Part shown: positions 1 through 11,700 of the stretch, piece by piece
Position numbering within the stretch: position 1 is the stretch's first letter
Layout of the letters: each line of letters begins with the position of its first letter
Source: Octopus bimaculoides
Lineage: Eukaryota
DNA: 64,000 bases
Reading direction: 5' to 3'
NCBI RefSeq assembly: GCF_001194135.2
Contig: NC_068987.1
Location: 27,777,809-27,841,808, forward strand
Program-made: the position numbers and the translations under genes
Notes under the pieces: generated by a model
The model's input: the letters and a program-made list of their open reading frames with translations, nothing else
What the model was told of the DNA's origin: nothing
Databases searched by the model: none

Positions 1-180
1 ACACATATATATATGCATGTATGTAAGTATATGTACCGCATATACTCGTTTAAAATTTGTTAGACCATTTTTTAAAGGTCAAATTTGTGGACACACCTAT
101 TACATGGATGGGCTGCAATTCAAGCTAGATTCCTAACTACCGCACCAGTAGCAGAAGCCCAACTGATGAAGATGATGATG

Positions 181-400
181 ATACAAGCCATTAAAAGATG
201 AAATTGTGTAAATGTGGGCAATGAAGGAAGTAACTCTCATCTGGATAGTTGTAGGAACTCTAGTAACATTTACAACCAGGTTTGAGAAATTTGTTGGAGA
301 CCTTGGGATTGAAATGAGGTAGTGAGGACAGCGAGGCCTTTGAGATTAGACTTGACTTTGTCAAATATTGTGGAAACAGACCCTGTAAGACCTCTGGAGA
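181..400 (+). mobile_element. R4/Dong-clade non-LTR retrotransposon, 3' fragment (restriction-like endonuclease C-terminus)
   Basis: Translates as PLKDEIV*MWAMKEVTLIWIVVGTLVTFTTRFEKFVGDLGIEMR, matching the LKDEIxRMWxMKxVxVIPVVVGALG pattern of R4/Dong ORF ends. Contains stops. Confidence 0.7.
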
Positions 401-659
401 CAGTTTTCTGTTTACTCATGAAAAATTAGATAGTTCAAGTAAAATCGAGATCTCAGAAGTGAAATAGAAATATCATTGCTTGATATCCTGTGCATACATT
501 TTAGTAATGGTGATGTTGCACTCATCAACACATGAGTAGTGCTCGCTTTTAACGATAGAGTTTTATTACAAGGACCGAGCATTCTACCTATTGAGCAGGC
601 TACAATAAGGTAGCCACACAATTTTGTAACAGTGTTATTTTTACGTACAGTATACGGTA

Positions 660-1644
660 CCTTGACCCACAATTGTTGTCCTATTTTTTTTAAACACTCG
701 GGTAAACATGTATACGGGGTTTATGGAAAATACCCAAATTTTGGCTAAAAATAGGAGGTCGACTTTCACATGAGATCGACTATTACTCAAGTATATATAT
801 GCATATATCTAAATCTATATCTATATCTATACACATATAAAATAAATAAATGCGCCCTTTTTTAAAGCCTAGCCAGGCTCATGGGCCCGGTTTTCCGGTT
901 TCAATGGCCTATGTCTTCCCCAGCAGGACGGGACGCCAGTCCATCGCAGCGTTACTCATTTANNNNNNNNNNNNNNNNNNNNNNNNNNNNNNNNNNNNNN
1001 NNNNNNNNNNNNNNNNNNNNNNNNNNNNNNNNNNNNNNNNNNNNNNNNNNNNNNNNNNNNNNNNNNNNNNNNNNNNNNNNNNNNNNNNNNNNNNNNNNNN
1101 NNNNNNNNNNNNNNNNNNNNNNNNNNNNNNNNNNNNNNNNNNNNNNNNNNNNNNNNNNNNNNNNNNNNNNNNNNNNNNNNNNNNNNNNNNNNNNNNNNNN
1201 NNNNNNNNNNNNNNNNNNNNNNNNNNNNNNNNNNNNNNNNNNNNNNNNNNNNNNNNNNNNNNNNNNNNNNNNNNNNNNNNNNNNNNNNNNNNNNNNNNNN
1301 NNNNNNNNNNNNNNNNNNNNNNNNNNNNNNNNNNNNNNNNNCCTTGACCCACAATTGTTGTCCTATTTTTTTTAAACACTCGGGTAAACATTTATACGGG
1401 GTCTATGGAAAATACCCAAATTTTGGCCAAAAATAGGAGGTCGACTTTCACATGAGATCGACTATTACTCAAGTATATATATGCATATATCTAAATCTAT
1501 ATCTATATCTATACACATATAAAATAAATAAATGCGCCCTTTTTTAAAGCCTAGCCAGGCTCATGGGCCCGGTTTTCCGGTTTCAATGGCCTATGTCTTC
1601 CCCAGCAGGACGGGACGCCAGTCCATCGCAGCGTTACTCATTTA
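660..1644 (+). repeat. 303-bp direct duplication flanking an N gap (660-962 and 1342-1644), probably unmerged haplotype overlap
   Basis: The two blocks are identical except for 3 substitutions and directly abut the gap. Confidence 0.85.
700..797. mobile_element. Possible pogo/Tigger-type DNA transposon right end
   Basis: aaaataggaggtcgactttcacatgagatcgactattactcaagtatata resembles pogo-type termini. There is a partial inverted match to taccgcatatactcg near position 35. Confidence 0.3.
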
Positions 1645-1782
1645 TGTCAGCTGAGTGGACTGGAGCATCGTGAAATAAAGTGTTTTGCTCAAGAACACAA
1701 CGCGACGCTCAGTCCAGGAATCGAAACCACAATCTTACGATCATGATGCTGACACCCTAACCACTAGGCCACGCGCCTCCAC
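1520..1782 (-). mobile_element. tRNA-derived SINE (CORE-type cephalopod family)
   Basis: Minus strand begins gtggaggcgcgtggcctagtggttaggg (box A) and ggtttcgattcc (box B), then a CORE-like ttgtgttcttgagcaaaacacttt segment and a (ttta)n tail. A partial copy lies at 850-962. Confidence 0.8.
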
Positions 1783-2087
1783 CTATATACATATACAAGT
1801 ACATATATGTGCCTATATATATATATATATATATAATACAAAATGTGACAAGAACGCAAAACATCCAGATAGACGATGTGAAGTAAACAAGGACAGGTCA
1901 TTCATATATATATGACGTATGATAATGTCTTTGGGACCAGTAACCTGGGATAACCCCAGCCTCATCAAGCAAGAGCATGAAACAAGCAAGTAGCAAACAA
2001 GCATATACATACATTCACGTGTGTGTGTGTGTATAGATGTATGTGTGTATATTGATAGATCACTGACCACTACATTTATATTTTTTC

Positions 2088-2238
2088 ATCTCCTTGTTTT
2101 TCTCCTTATTTATTTCTGTTGAAGAGCGTAGCTCGAAACGTTAAATACTTTCTCTATTCCCGAGCGTTAAACTAATACATCCTTTTGTTGTTTAGACTAC
2201 CTTTCCTCGTCTGTTGTTGTTTGTTTCGTAAATTCTCC
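2088..2238 (+). mobile_element. Penelope-like element pLTR remnant with hammerhead-like motif at 2111-2147
   Basis: TATTT-CTGTTGA-A-GAGC gta GCTC-GAA-ACGT-T-AAATA. Stems I and II pair, and the core is a variant of CUGANGA. Confidence 0.55.
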
Positions 2239-4633
2239 NNNNNNNNNNNNNNNNNNNNNNNNNNNNNNNNNNNNNNNNNNNNNNNNNNNNNNNNNNNNNN
2301 NNNNNNNNNNNNNNNNNNNNNNNNNNNNNNNNNNNNNNNNNNNNNNNNNNNNNNNNNNNNNNNNNNNNNNNNNNNNNNNNNNNNNNNNNNNNNNNNNNNN
2401 NNNNNNNNNNNNNNNNNNNNNNNNNNTATATATATATACGTCACTAAAGTCAGAACCAATATTGCTAGAAATAAGAGAGAGAGGCAGACAGACACACAGA
2501 CAGACAGATAAAAATTAGATACTGATGTAACTGCATAACTGCATAGAAATACACACACACATAAGAACACATACACACACACTCACACACAAGAGTCTCT
2601 CACCCACAAATTTACACATATATTTATATATATGAATGATATTCATTTTCTATTTTCTATCACCTTCCCTTGACAGTCGCAGTATGTTTCACTGTTTATC
2701 GTTTATTTTTTGTTGTACTTTTGCAAACATCTGTATTTGTTTTACCTCATAAAATGATAAAAAATGTATCTGCACTCTAGATAAGGTAAATGGAGGAGTG
2801 CAGATTGTTTTTATATTCATAAAATGTTAGTATCGTATTTGTACATATTTAATACTCTACAAAAAACATGTATTTATGTATAAATGCGTGAAGTGGTGAC
2901 TGTGTGAGCATGCGAATGTGTATGTGTGCGTATCTGTACATTATCAGTGATGTGTAAACATAATTTATATTCCGAACAATATATATTCATATAATTAGGC
3001 CCAACAGAATTATTTAAAAACAGCCTCGGGAAAGAACATTTGAAATACAAAGATATTTAGTAGAAACAGCTGAATAATGAAAACATCTCTACGCAGTTAC
3101 ACGCCCCGTGTCATTCAGGCGACAAAGACAAATAGATACTCACACACATACATACACACACACACACACACATGTATATGTGTACAGAAGTGTGCACACC
3201 CACACGTACACATAGATTTTGTATACGTGTGTCTGTGTTTGCGTGTGTGCTTTGATAATCATGTCTATATAAATAATTATGCATTCTTATACATATAAAT
3301 GTTTCTGTACGCTTGGTTGTATTGATTTCTATATACACAAATGTATAAATGCATACAACTACATATGTGTGAGTGTGTGTGTGTGTGTGTGTGTGTATTT
3401 GTGTGTGCGTGTGAATTCATACATGTCTTGTTTTGTATACCACGTGTACCTACATACCGTGTTCACTCAGTCTTCCACAAACAATAAATTTAGTAAAATT
3501 TTTATGGACATTGACTCTAGATATTTAATATTAAAGCAATCTATTTGCAATACTCTCAGCATTTCAAAGATGACCAATCTTCATTTCAATAAATATTCTT
3601 ATTTTTACTGAATCAGTTTTTGAAATAAAATTTGATTGCATTTTTTCCGATATTTTTTAAGTATAATCTACAAAAGGAAATATATATTGAATTTTTGATT
3701 CCAGTCCTAAATATCTTTACTTGCAGTCAGTATTACTTTTTTCACTTTTATATAAATGAATAGGAAAGATAAAGAATATTCAACTAAACGCATTAGTATA
3801 AGCATATCAGTAGAAGAACGTGTATAAACTGATATAATTACTTCACTTAACTGTCTGTATTTTTCCTTTTAGCGTATTTTGAATTGGCCAAAATTTATAA
3901 TAAGCTAATTCAGGCAACTAGTTAAACATACAAATGTGTGTGCGTGTGTTGACGTTTGTGCGTGTTTCTGTGTGTGTGTGTGTGAACAATAAAGGACTAC
4001 CCATATCTGCATGTATATATACATATATATATATATATAAGGAAAGTTTGAAATGTATCTATTATTTACATACAGGCAGTCTGCGTAAGGAGCTCCGCTT
4101 TACGTAGCGGTTTACGGGTGAAAAATAAGAAAAGTATAGATTAAAACACAAAATGAAAATCGTATCAAGTTAACTTTTGCTATGAAATGTCGTTAAAGAA
4201 CTTGAAAAGGATGTAAAATTACAATTTAACTTTAACAGTTTAAGGAATACCTTGCTGTTTCATGATATGTATGCTCATTTTTAAAAATCATTCTCTTTTC
4301 ACTAACACGCTATGGACACGAAATCACCCATTTAGCTCCTACTTTTCTAAAACGGCCTTCTCCTTATCTCTGCATAATTTTCGAATTGTTTGGCTCCAGA
4401 TTTATTTCTTAATACAACATGTGTACCTGCAGACATTGAGGAATATACTCCTTCTCAGGTAGCCGACCTAATTCTAGTTGCAACACTTGTTACACTGCAC
4501 TTAATCCAATAGGAACAACGAGTAAAGTTAATGTTTTTAGGAGTGATTTCAGTTGCTGAAGCTTCAAATTGGTAGGATTTCATCTTAAATCTAAGACAGC
4601 CGGCACACGCGAAGTAAAATGTCATTCTAATGT

Positions 4634-4866
4634 TTCTTATTTCTTTACTGCCCACAAGGGGCAACACAGAGGGGACAAACAAGGACAGACAAACGGATTA
4701 TGTGGATTATATCGACCCCAGTACGCAACTGGTACTTATCTAATCGACCCTGAACGGATGAAAGGCAAAGTCGACTACCGTGGAATTTGAACTCAGAAAT
4801 AGCGGCAGACGAAATACCGCTAAGCATTTCGTCCGGTGTGCTAACGTTTCTGCCAGCTCGCCGCCT
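4634..4866 (-). mobile_element. tRNA-derived SINE (aggcggcgagctggcagaa-headed octopus family)
   Basis: Minus strand reads aggcggcgagctggcagaaacgttagc...gagttcaaattcc...gtcgactttgcctttcatcc...ggggtcgat. The same family recurs at 5890-6240, 46010-46190 and 63385-63535. Confidence 0.8.
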
Positions 4867-5304
4867 AATTCTAATATTTCTGCTCATCTACCACCACACA
4901 TTGATGTTCGCTGCAATTAAACATTCCAAAAGTGACTATGAATATAATGGCAGTCTATAAGTTTTTAATAGCTCGTCGCTAAAAATATCGTCACAAATCT
5001 GGGGATATCGCTTTCTTTCATATCTTATTTTAGTTATTTTATATTAATAATGAAAATATTAATTTAAAATGCCATTGATTTTCGATGAATCAGATGCACC
5101 TATGTAGAAGGATTCATAAAAAAAGAAATCGTCAGTTTGATGGAAATGTTATAACAAACTTTTCAAATAACAAAAGAAAAAAGAACGCACGACCGCATTC
5201 GCATGCACTCACACATACACAGAACATATAATGGGTTTGTGACAGTGTAAGTATGTATATGAACAACTGTGAGTGCCTGTTTGCATGTTTTCCCATATGT
5301 ATGC

Positions 5305-5335
<31 letters not shown>

Positions 5336-5394
5336 ACATTCTGTTTTGCTTGCTTCAGTCATTTGACTGCGGCCATGCTTTTTTGTGTGTGTGT

Positions 5395-5890
5395 GTGCGT
5401 CTTCAATTTTTGGGAGAAGGTATGTTGTTCCTTCAGTCAGCCAGGAAGGTGTTTGCTCTGGGTTCTGGATGACATCAGTGAGAGATGCAGCGACATTTTG
5501 TGTGCTTCTGCCAGACAATTTAGTCAGAATTTAGGAATTTGGTCCTGAGGTTCTCCATTTGTGAGACTTCCTAAGAACACCTCTTAGCTCTTCTATTCCT
5601 ATCACTTCCCATTTTTGCTCTTGAACTTCATCTAACCTCACTTTCTCACGCTATATCCTGTCAGCTTTAGCATTATACTCCTTTTTCGTTGCTCCAGAAC
5701 GTCTTCCAGAACTCTTCCATTTCCTCAATGCTCGGTGACTCCTTTACTTCTATCTTACTTTTATCATTTTCCCTATAAAATTTCTGTGCCTCCGTCTTGA
5801 ATAACTTGTTTTGTCAATAAAATATGATTCTTTTGCCATATCTTCTAAGCCGTTGGGCTTTCAGTCGTAATCGTTGTTTCAGTTGCTCCT
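5395..5890 (-). mobile_element. R4/Dong LINE internal fragment (upstream of and entering the RT domain)
   Basis: LKQRLRLKAQRLRRYGKR..QNKLFKTEAQKFYRE..SPSIEEMEEFWKTFW and IQNPEQTPSWLTEGTTYLLPK, with stops and frameshifts. Confidence 0.8.
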
Positions 5891-6240
5891 TGGTTGCAAG
5901 GAGTGTCTGTCTTTACGTTCTGAGTTCAAACGCCGCCTTTTATCCTTCCTGGATGGAGAGGTGGGAGGATCGTTAGCATGTGGAGCAAAATGCTTAGCGG
6001 TATTTTGTCCATCTTTACGTTCATAGTTCAAATTCCGCCATAATTGACTTTGCCTTTCATACTTTAAGTCTTTGTGCCTACAGTAGAAGGAATTATCCTT
6101 ATTAAGCCGGCAATCTAGCAGAATCGTTACAGTGCTGAAAACAGAATATCTGTGGCCTTTTGTTTTCCGTGTCTTTTCACTCTCTGTTCAAATCCCACCG
6201 TGCACAACGTTGTCTTTTATCATTTCGAGATGAAATATAA
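5890..6240 (+). mobile_element. Three tandem truncated SINE heads
   Basis: Repeated gaatcgttag..atgcttagcggtatt..ctttacgttc..gttcaaattccgcc motifs. Confidence 0.6.
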
Positions 6241-6519
6241 AGTACTGGTCAAATAAATCATTTTCGATAAAAATGAGAAACAATTATTAGAGAATGGTGG
6301 ATTGGCCTCGTTGTTTGTATATCGAACAAAATACCTATCGTAATATTCGTGTGTTTCTATGGTATTGGATATTAAATGATGTTGTATGAATATACAGAAA
6401 TCTAATTAACCTAACCAGTTCAAACAAAACCTCAAGATTTACACTGAAATATCTAACTATTCAATATCCCAATGAGAGAGGAGGCATTTGAGACTTTATT
6501 TCACTTACACTCAGTATTG

Positions 6520-7349
6520 TACGGGGTATTTCTATAGCACTCGGTTTCATACGCAGCGAGAGCTAGCAGTGACCTTCTTGAGGCAGTTTCCCGAGTGACG
6601 TCGCTGTTTACTTCGCAAGTTGCAAAATTTGTGTTTTTGTGATCACGTGTATGCTATAGTCTGCAGTTTTGTCATGGACAGGAACAAAAAGTCAACTTGA
6701 AATTTTTCGTTAAACTTGGGAGGACTGCTACAGAGACATTGAGTATGCTTCTGCAAGCTTACGGCGATAAGGCAATGGGTTGTGCGCTATGCTTCCAGTG
6801 ACGCGGTTGCTGCAAAAGCAAAAGAACATCCCTAGATGATGATGAGTGAGGTGAAAGACCTACTGCGAGATTCATATCAGGAAATGTGGTATTGAGCATT
6901 GATAATTCGTCCCCCAGGACCAGACCATCAATTGAGAGTTCTACTGCGACGTTGTGCAGCTTTTGAGGGAGTACATTCGGCAAAGGCGATCGGATGTGAT
7001 GCACGAAGAACTGGATTCTTCACGACGACAATTAACCCTATCACCAAGCTCTCCTCACTTTTGAGTTTCTCTCCAGAAACAACATCGCTTCCGCACTTGC
7101 CCCTTTCGACAGATTTAGCACCCAAAATGAAAATGCAGCTCAAAGGTAACCGTTTTAACACCGTTTTCAAGATCGTCTCGCTTATGGAAAACAACTTCCA
7201 GACCAGATTCAAAAAGTGGTAGGAACGCTGCGACCGGTGTATTGCTGCGCAAGGAAACTATTTCGAAGGAGATGATGTTAAAACTTAGGTAAATAAGCTA
7301 TTTTCTATTAAACATAACTTGTCCGGGAACCTTTTGATAGCACCTCGTA
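6520..7349 (+). mobile_element. Internally deleted mariner DNA transposon
   Basis: Transposase remnants (KFFVKLGRTATETLSMLLQAYGD; WILHDDN; KMKMQLKGNRF; FKKW*ERCDRCIAAQGNYFEGD). Right TIR gtccgggaaccttttgatagcacctcg+TA; degenerate left end TA+cggggtatt. Confidence 0.85.
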
Positions 7350-7745
7350 TATGTTAAAATGTAAGCTAAGTTGTTTATCAAACGGTGATATACTCTATTT
7401 TACATGAAATGTTCACATAACTTACATCATTGTAAATGTGTTGCCAATTAAATTTCAAGTTAATATAATCTATTCAGTGAATAATGTAAAGGAATTAATC
7501 CATATGTATTATTATGAATATAGATTCACAAAGCATACAATTTCTAAAGGAAAAGTCTTCCAATCAGGAGTAATTCATAGATATGTCACCGAAATAACTA
7601 CCTATCATAGAAAAACGACTGGAGTGTAGATGGTTAGATTTCTGTCGTATACTGGCTGTAATGAAAGCTAATAAAGAAACAGCGAGGCAGAAAATTGAAA
7701 ATCCTTTCACGGCAACTAGAAACAGTGAACTGGAAAATTATTGCA

Positions 7746-8004
7746 TATTCTGAGCTCCACTTGAATACAAACTTCAAGATAGATAACTCTAAATAAGTCC
7801 TGATTTGTGTTGCTAAATTTAAACAGATGATTTCAAAATAGCTAAGCTTAGTTCTGAACTTGTATTGGAATAACTGATTTTATACGGTAACCGAAATAGT
7901 ACCACATTATCTGACCTGGTCAAGCAGTCATCAAACGAGTAACAGTAAATATGTGATAATGGGAATTATCTTAATTTAGTTTTTATGTGAATATATACAA
8001 CATT
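7746..8004 (+). repeat. About 260-bp flank segment A, whose inverted copy lies at 8903-9230
   Basis: The reverse complement of tattctgagctccacttgaatac...tatgtgaatatatacaacatt matches 8903-9230, with a few substitutions and small indels. Confidence 0.9.
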
Positions 8005-8732
8005 AATAAGCAAATGAATAAGCTAGACTAAGTAAACAATTTCAAGATATCATAAATACTATTTCAAATCAATAAAATGAAGCAAAGAATTACAAATCGT
8101 TTCAGATTGCGTGTGCATAATAAATGTATATATATATATATATATATATCGTTTGTAGACAACATAAATCCGAAAAACGTAGTACACTCTGAGATGTAAG
8201 CAGTATGTATTAAAAATGGAGAAGGTTGGTTTATCGGATCCCCTTACGGTTCCCGTCTATGAAGGATTTCGCTTTATGGCGTATCGTAGGTTATTATTTT
8301 CTAGTAGTCTATCATGATCCAGGTTGTCTATCGTATATAAGTTCTTCGTCTTATTGGAGAAGATTAGGGACCTATCTGAAATTTTTAACCATCTAACGTT
8401 GCGCCTATGCCACAGGAAGAGGCAATTGCTTATGCAGAGACTGAAACAGATGCCCGGTAGGAGGCCACTGCGAAACCAAAGGGGTCGTTTATCAAGACGA
8501 AGTACTAGCAAACACTGGCAATACCACCAGCAGAAGCACTAGCAACCGTAGACAAGAGAACAGAGCCAGCAACACCGCCATCGCCACAGTTAACAGCATT
8601 AGCAACAATAGCAGTAACAACACCAACGACAGCATTGGCCGTTCGCTCGACAGTAGCAACACAAACAACAGCAGCATCGCCATCAACACCACCGCTACCA
8701 ATAGTTTCCCTACGTCCACGGTAGCAGACCTG

Positions 8733-9402
8733 ATAACCCTTATAGCAGCAGCAACATGTCCAGTGCCAACTCCAGCTATAACGGCAACAATAGCAGCAGC
8801 ATTGACAGTTGTCCTAGCAGAAACAGCATCGGAACCACAGCTAATGATAACTTTGGCAGCAATGGAAGCTCTCCCACCAATGACGAAGACAACAAGAATA
8901 AAAAATGTTGTAAATATTCACATAAAAACTAAATTAAGATAATTCCCATTATCACATATTTACTGTTACTCGTTTGATGACTGCTTGACCAGGTCAGATA
9001 ATGTGGTACTATTNNNNNNNNNNTACTGTTACTCGTTTGATGACTGCTTGACCAGGTCAGATAATGTGGTACTATTTCGGTTACCGTATAAAATCAGTTA
9101 TTCCAATACAAGTTCAGAACTAATCTTAGCTATTTATTTTGAAATCATCTGTTTAAATTTAGCAACACAAATCAGGACTTATTTAGAGTTTATCTATCTT
9201 GAAGTTGGTATTCAAGTGGAGCTCAGAATAACCCCTATAGCAGCAGCAACATGTCCAGTGCCAACTCCAGCTATAACGGCAACAACAACAGCAGCAGCAG
9301 TGACAGTTGTCCTAGCAGAAACAGCATCGGAACCACAGCTAATGATAACTCTGGCAGCAATGGCAGCTCTCCCACCAATGACGAAGACAACAAGAATAAA
9401 AA
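8733..9402 (+). repeat. About 172-bp direct duplication D (8733-8904 and 9228-9402) bracketing the inverted segment
   Basis: ataacc(c/t)tatagcagcagcaacatgtcc...gacaacaagaataaaaa occurs twice, with about 5 substitutions and a 3-bp indel. Confidence 0.9.
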
Positions 9403-10108
9403 CAACAGTGCCTTCACCATACCCGGCAGTGATGACACCATTACCGACGCCACCACCACCATCTTCAGCGACGCCAACACCAGCATTCCCAGTGCCAACA
9501 ACAACAACAACAACAACTATGTCGGTGACAGTAGCAGCAGCACCAACAACAACAGCAGCAGAAACACCCAGTAGGTACAGCACTGACTACAAACGCCCAC
9601 AGAGATACATCGGATGTTCAGGGAGCTCATTCAAGCAGCACCTCTCCAACTACAGGTCCTTCTTCAGAGTTCCGGAAAGGAGATACGTAACGTTGCTGGC
9701 CAGCCATGTCTGGCAACTAAGAGCCGATGGGATCCATACTAAATCTCATGGAAAGTCTTCCAGAATCCAGTCTCCTATATCGATGGGACGAAGCGTTAGT
9801 AGTTAAACTTGTTGAACCAGGGAACATCCTTATCTCCAGAATGGAGATTTTCGGGCCATGTTTCCATTTCAGGAGATTCCGATAGCCAGTAGCAAAGGAA
9901 GATGATCCCCATCCATTAGCTTTGAACAGTGAGGCATTTTCGCTTCATGTCTTGAGGCCATGAGCCAATAGGTCTTTGGGATCAGACTATACGCCATAAA
10001 GCTAAACGCTTTGTGGACGGGGAAACCTAAGGAAATCCCATAAACCGGCCTTCCCCATTTAAATATATATATTTTTTAAATATATATATAAGGAGCACAA
10101 GATATACT

Positions 10109-10192
10109 TGGCCTGAAGAGTAGCCAGTGGTATACACCACACTTGGATTTTACCACTTCTGAGTTTCTACTTGTTACGAAACATGTCTAGCC
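10109..10192 (+). ncRNA. Hammerhead-ribozyme-like motif in Penelope pLTR
   Basis: GGC-CTGAAGA-GTAG..long branched stem II (agtggta/taccact)..TTAC-GAA-ACATGT-C-TA-GCC. The stem I register is imperfect. Confidence 0.55.
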
Positions 10193-10438
10193 TGGATCTT
10201 TCAAACTCCATTCCGTAACTCTTATATTTTTATTCGGACTCCCGGCAACCCAGGTCGTCTACTGTTGAATATAAAAATAACTTTTTTCAGCTTGTCGTTC
10301 TTCGATACGAGAAAGATGCACAGCCTTCAGTCTCAATAAACCACTATTTAACCTGAAAGTTGTTTTTTTATATATATACATTTGCTACAGATTGTTTGAA
10401 GCTAATTTTCTTCATACACCTCGATCACTGGATCTTAA

Positions 10439-10480
<42 letters not shown>

Positions 10481-10589
10481 ATAATGATAATAATAATACA
10501 AATAATACATATGCATGTATACACATATATATGTACATACTTACATCTACATGTGTATATAGATGCATATCAAGGTACAGGAAGTTACA

Positions 10590-10695
10590 ACAATGAACTA
10601 CAGACCAGGGAACGAACACATAGGAAAACAGATAGCCACTTGGAATTAATCCTTCGTCAGCTGCCTCTATTCTTACTAGACGTTTCGAAGATAAG
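10590..10695 (-). mobile_element. Penelope pLTR remnant with degenerate hammerhead core
   Basis: Minus strand reads cttcgaaacgtctag...cagCTGACGAaggattaattccaagtggctatctg. The GAAA is damaged. Confidence 0.4.
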
Positions 10696-10697
10696 AG

Positions 10698-10739
<42 letters not shown>

Positions 10740-10829
10740 TGTGAAAGGGAGAATGAGAGAGAAAGTGAGGGAGGGGAGACAGAGATACACATATATATGT
10801 GTATATATATTGTATGTATGTATATATTA

Positions 10830-10930
10830 TTCATTTACAAGTTTCAGTCATTTGACGTGCACCACGCTGGAAAGCCACCTTAAGGGGTTTTAGTCGAAGA
10901 AATCCACCCGAGACTTATTCTTTGTAAACC
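10830..10930 (-). mobile_element. SINE 3' fragment
   Basis: gtttcagtcatttga..gctgga..ccacct..ttagtcgaagaaatc..gacttattctttgtaa matches the SINE at 49010-49528. Confidence 0.7.
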
Positions 10931-10997
10931 TCCCAAATGCACAGGTTTATACCCTCGTCCTCATCCTTGTCCCCGTCATCCATCCCTCTCCTCCTTC

Positions 10998-11031
<34 letters not shown>

Positions 11032-11329
11032 TATCGTGATGTTATTATTAAGACGGCAAGCTGACAGAATCCTTCACGATTTCATGACTTTTATTCTCGT
11101 AGATTATTGTGGCCATATGCAGAGTTTGTGTAGTAAGGATCAGTCCCTCCGTTTTGGATTTTGAGTCATTGTTAACTTTCACTATGGCTTACTTCTTTAT
11201 CAAGCCTTGCAATATATTGGCTCTAGAGGGGTTCTTCTCTCCATTTTTTTTTACTTGTTTGTTTTGTAATTTTCTTTTCATGTTTTTTTTTTCATATGTT
11301 TTATCATTTCTGTTGAGTTGTTATCTAAA

Positions 11330-11700
11330 TCCATGGATTCATAGCAGTCTCTTTCTCTGTACTTTTTCCTTTCCTGATATAGACAAGAGGACATTTTTTC
11401 ATGTTTCTTTGTTACATTTTTAGGATGTCCATTATTCGTTTCTAAGTATTTGTCCATCTTTAAAATGCTGTTCTACAGTAGTTTTGTATTTGCGTCAAGC
11501 CATACCCTCCTTGGGAGCGAGGCGTCTATATTCGGTCAATATTTGCTTTTGGATGGTGGCTACAGTATGCTCTTAGGACCCTCGTGGTTATTCTGTCTAA
11601 ATTCCTCAATATACTTTGAATTCAGTTCATTATATTGAAGCCGTAGCTTATGACTGGTATGGCTAGCATATCATATTTCTAGAATTGAGTCCAGCTTTTA
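11330..11700 (-). mobile_element. R4/Dong LINE fragment (post-RT region)
   Basis: IPVISYGFNIMN*..RNLDRITTRVLRAYCSHHPKANIDRI*TPRSQGGYGL matches the IPVxTYSF..LDRKTRK..HHPKAD..LYLPRxxGGRGL pattern. Confidence 0.75.

Larger units (their letters stand above)
8160..10260 (+). mobile_element. Penelope-like element 3' portion: GIY-YIG endonuclease remnant plus pLTR, interrupted by a rearrangement
   Basis: NCLCRD*NRCPVGGHCETKGVVYQ at about 8425-8500; RYIGCSGSSFKQHLSNYRSFFR..LASHVWQLR at about 9605-9725; a C-terminal ISRMEIFGPCFHFRRF segment; a downstream hammerhead-like motif at 10109-10192. Confidence 0.85.

Noticed and set aside
8961-9076. 53-bp direct repeat around a 10-N gap
   Set aside because: Identical copies flanking a minimal gap are a typical scaffolding artefact.
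9212-9583. Hydrophobic V/A/G-rich minus-strand ORFs that look like membrane proteins
   Set aside because: They are the antisense reading of the (AAC/AGC)-rich insert in the Penelope element.
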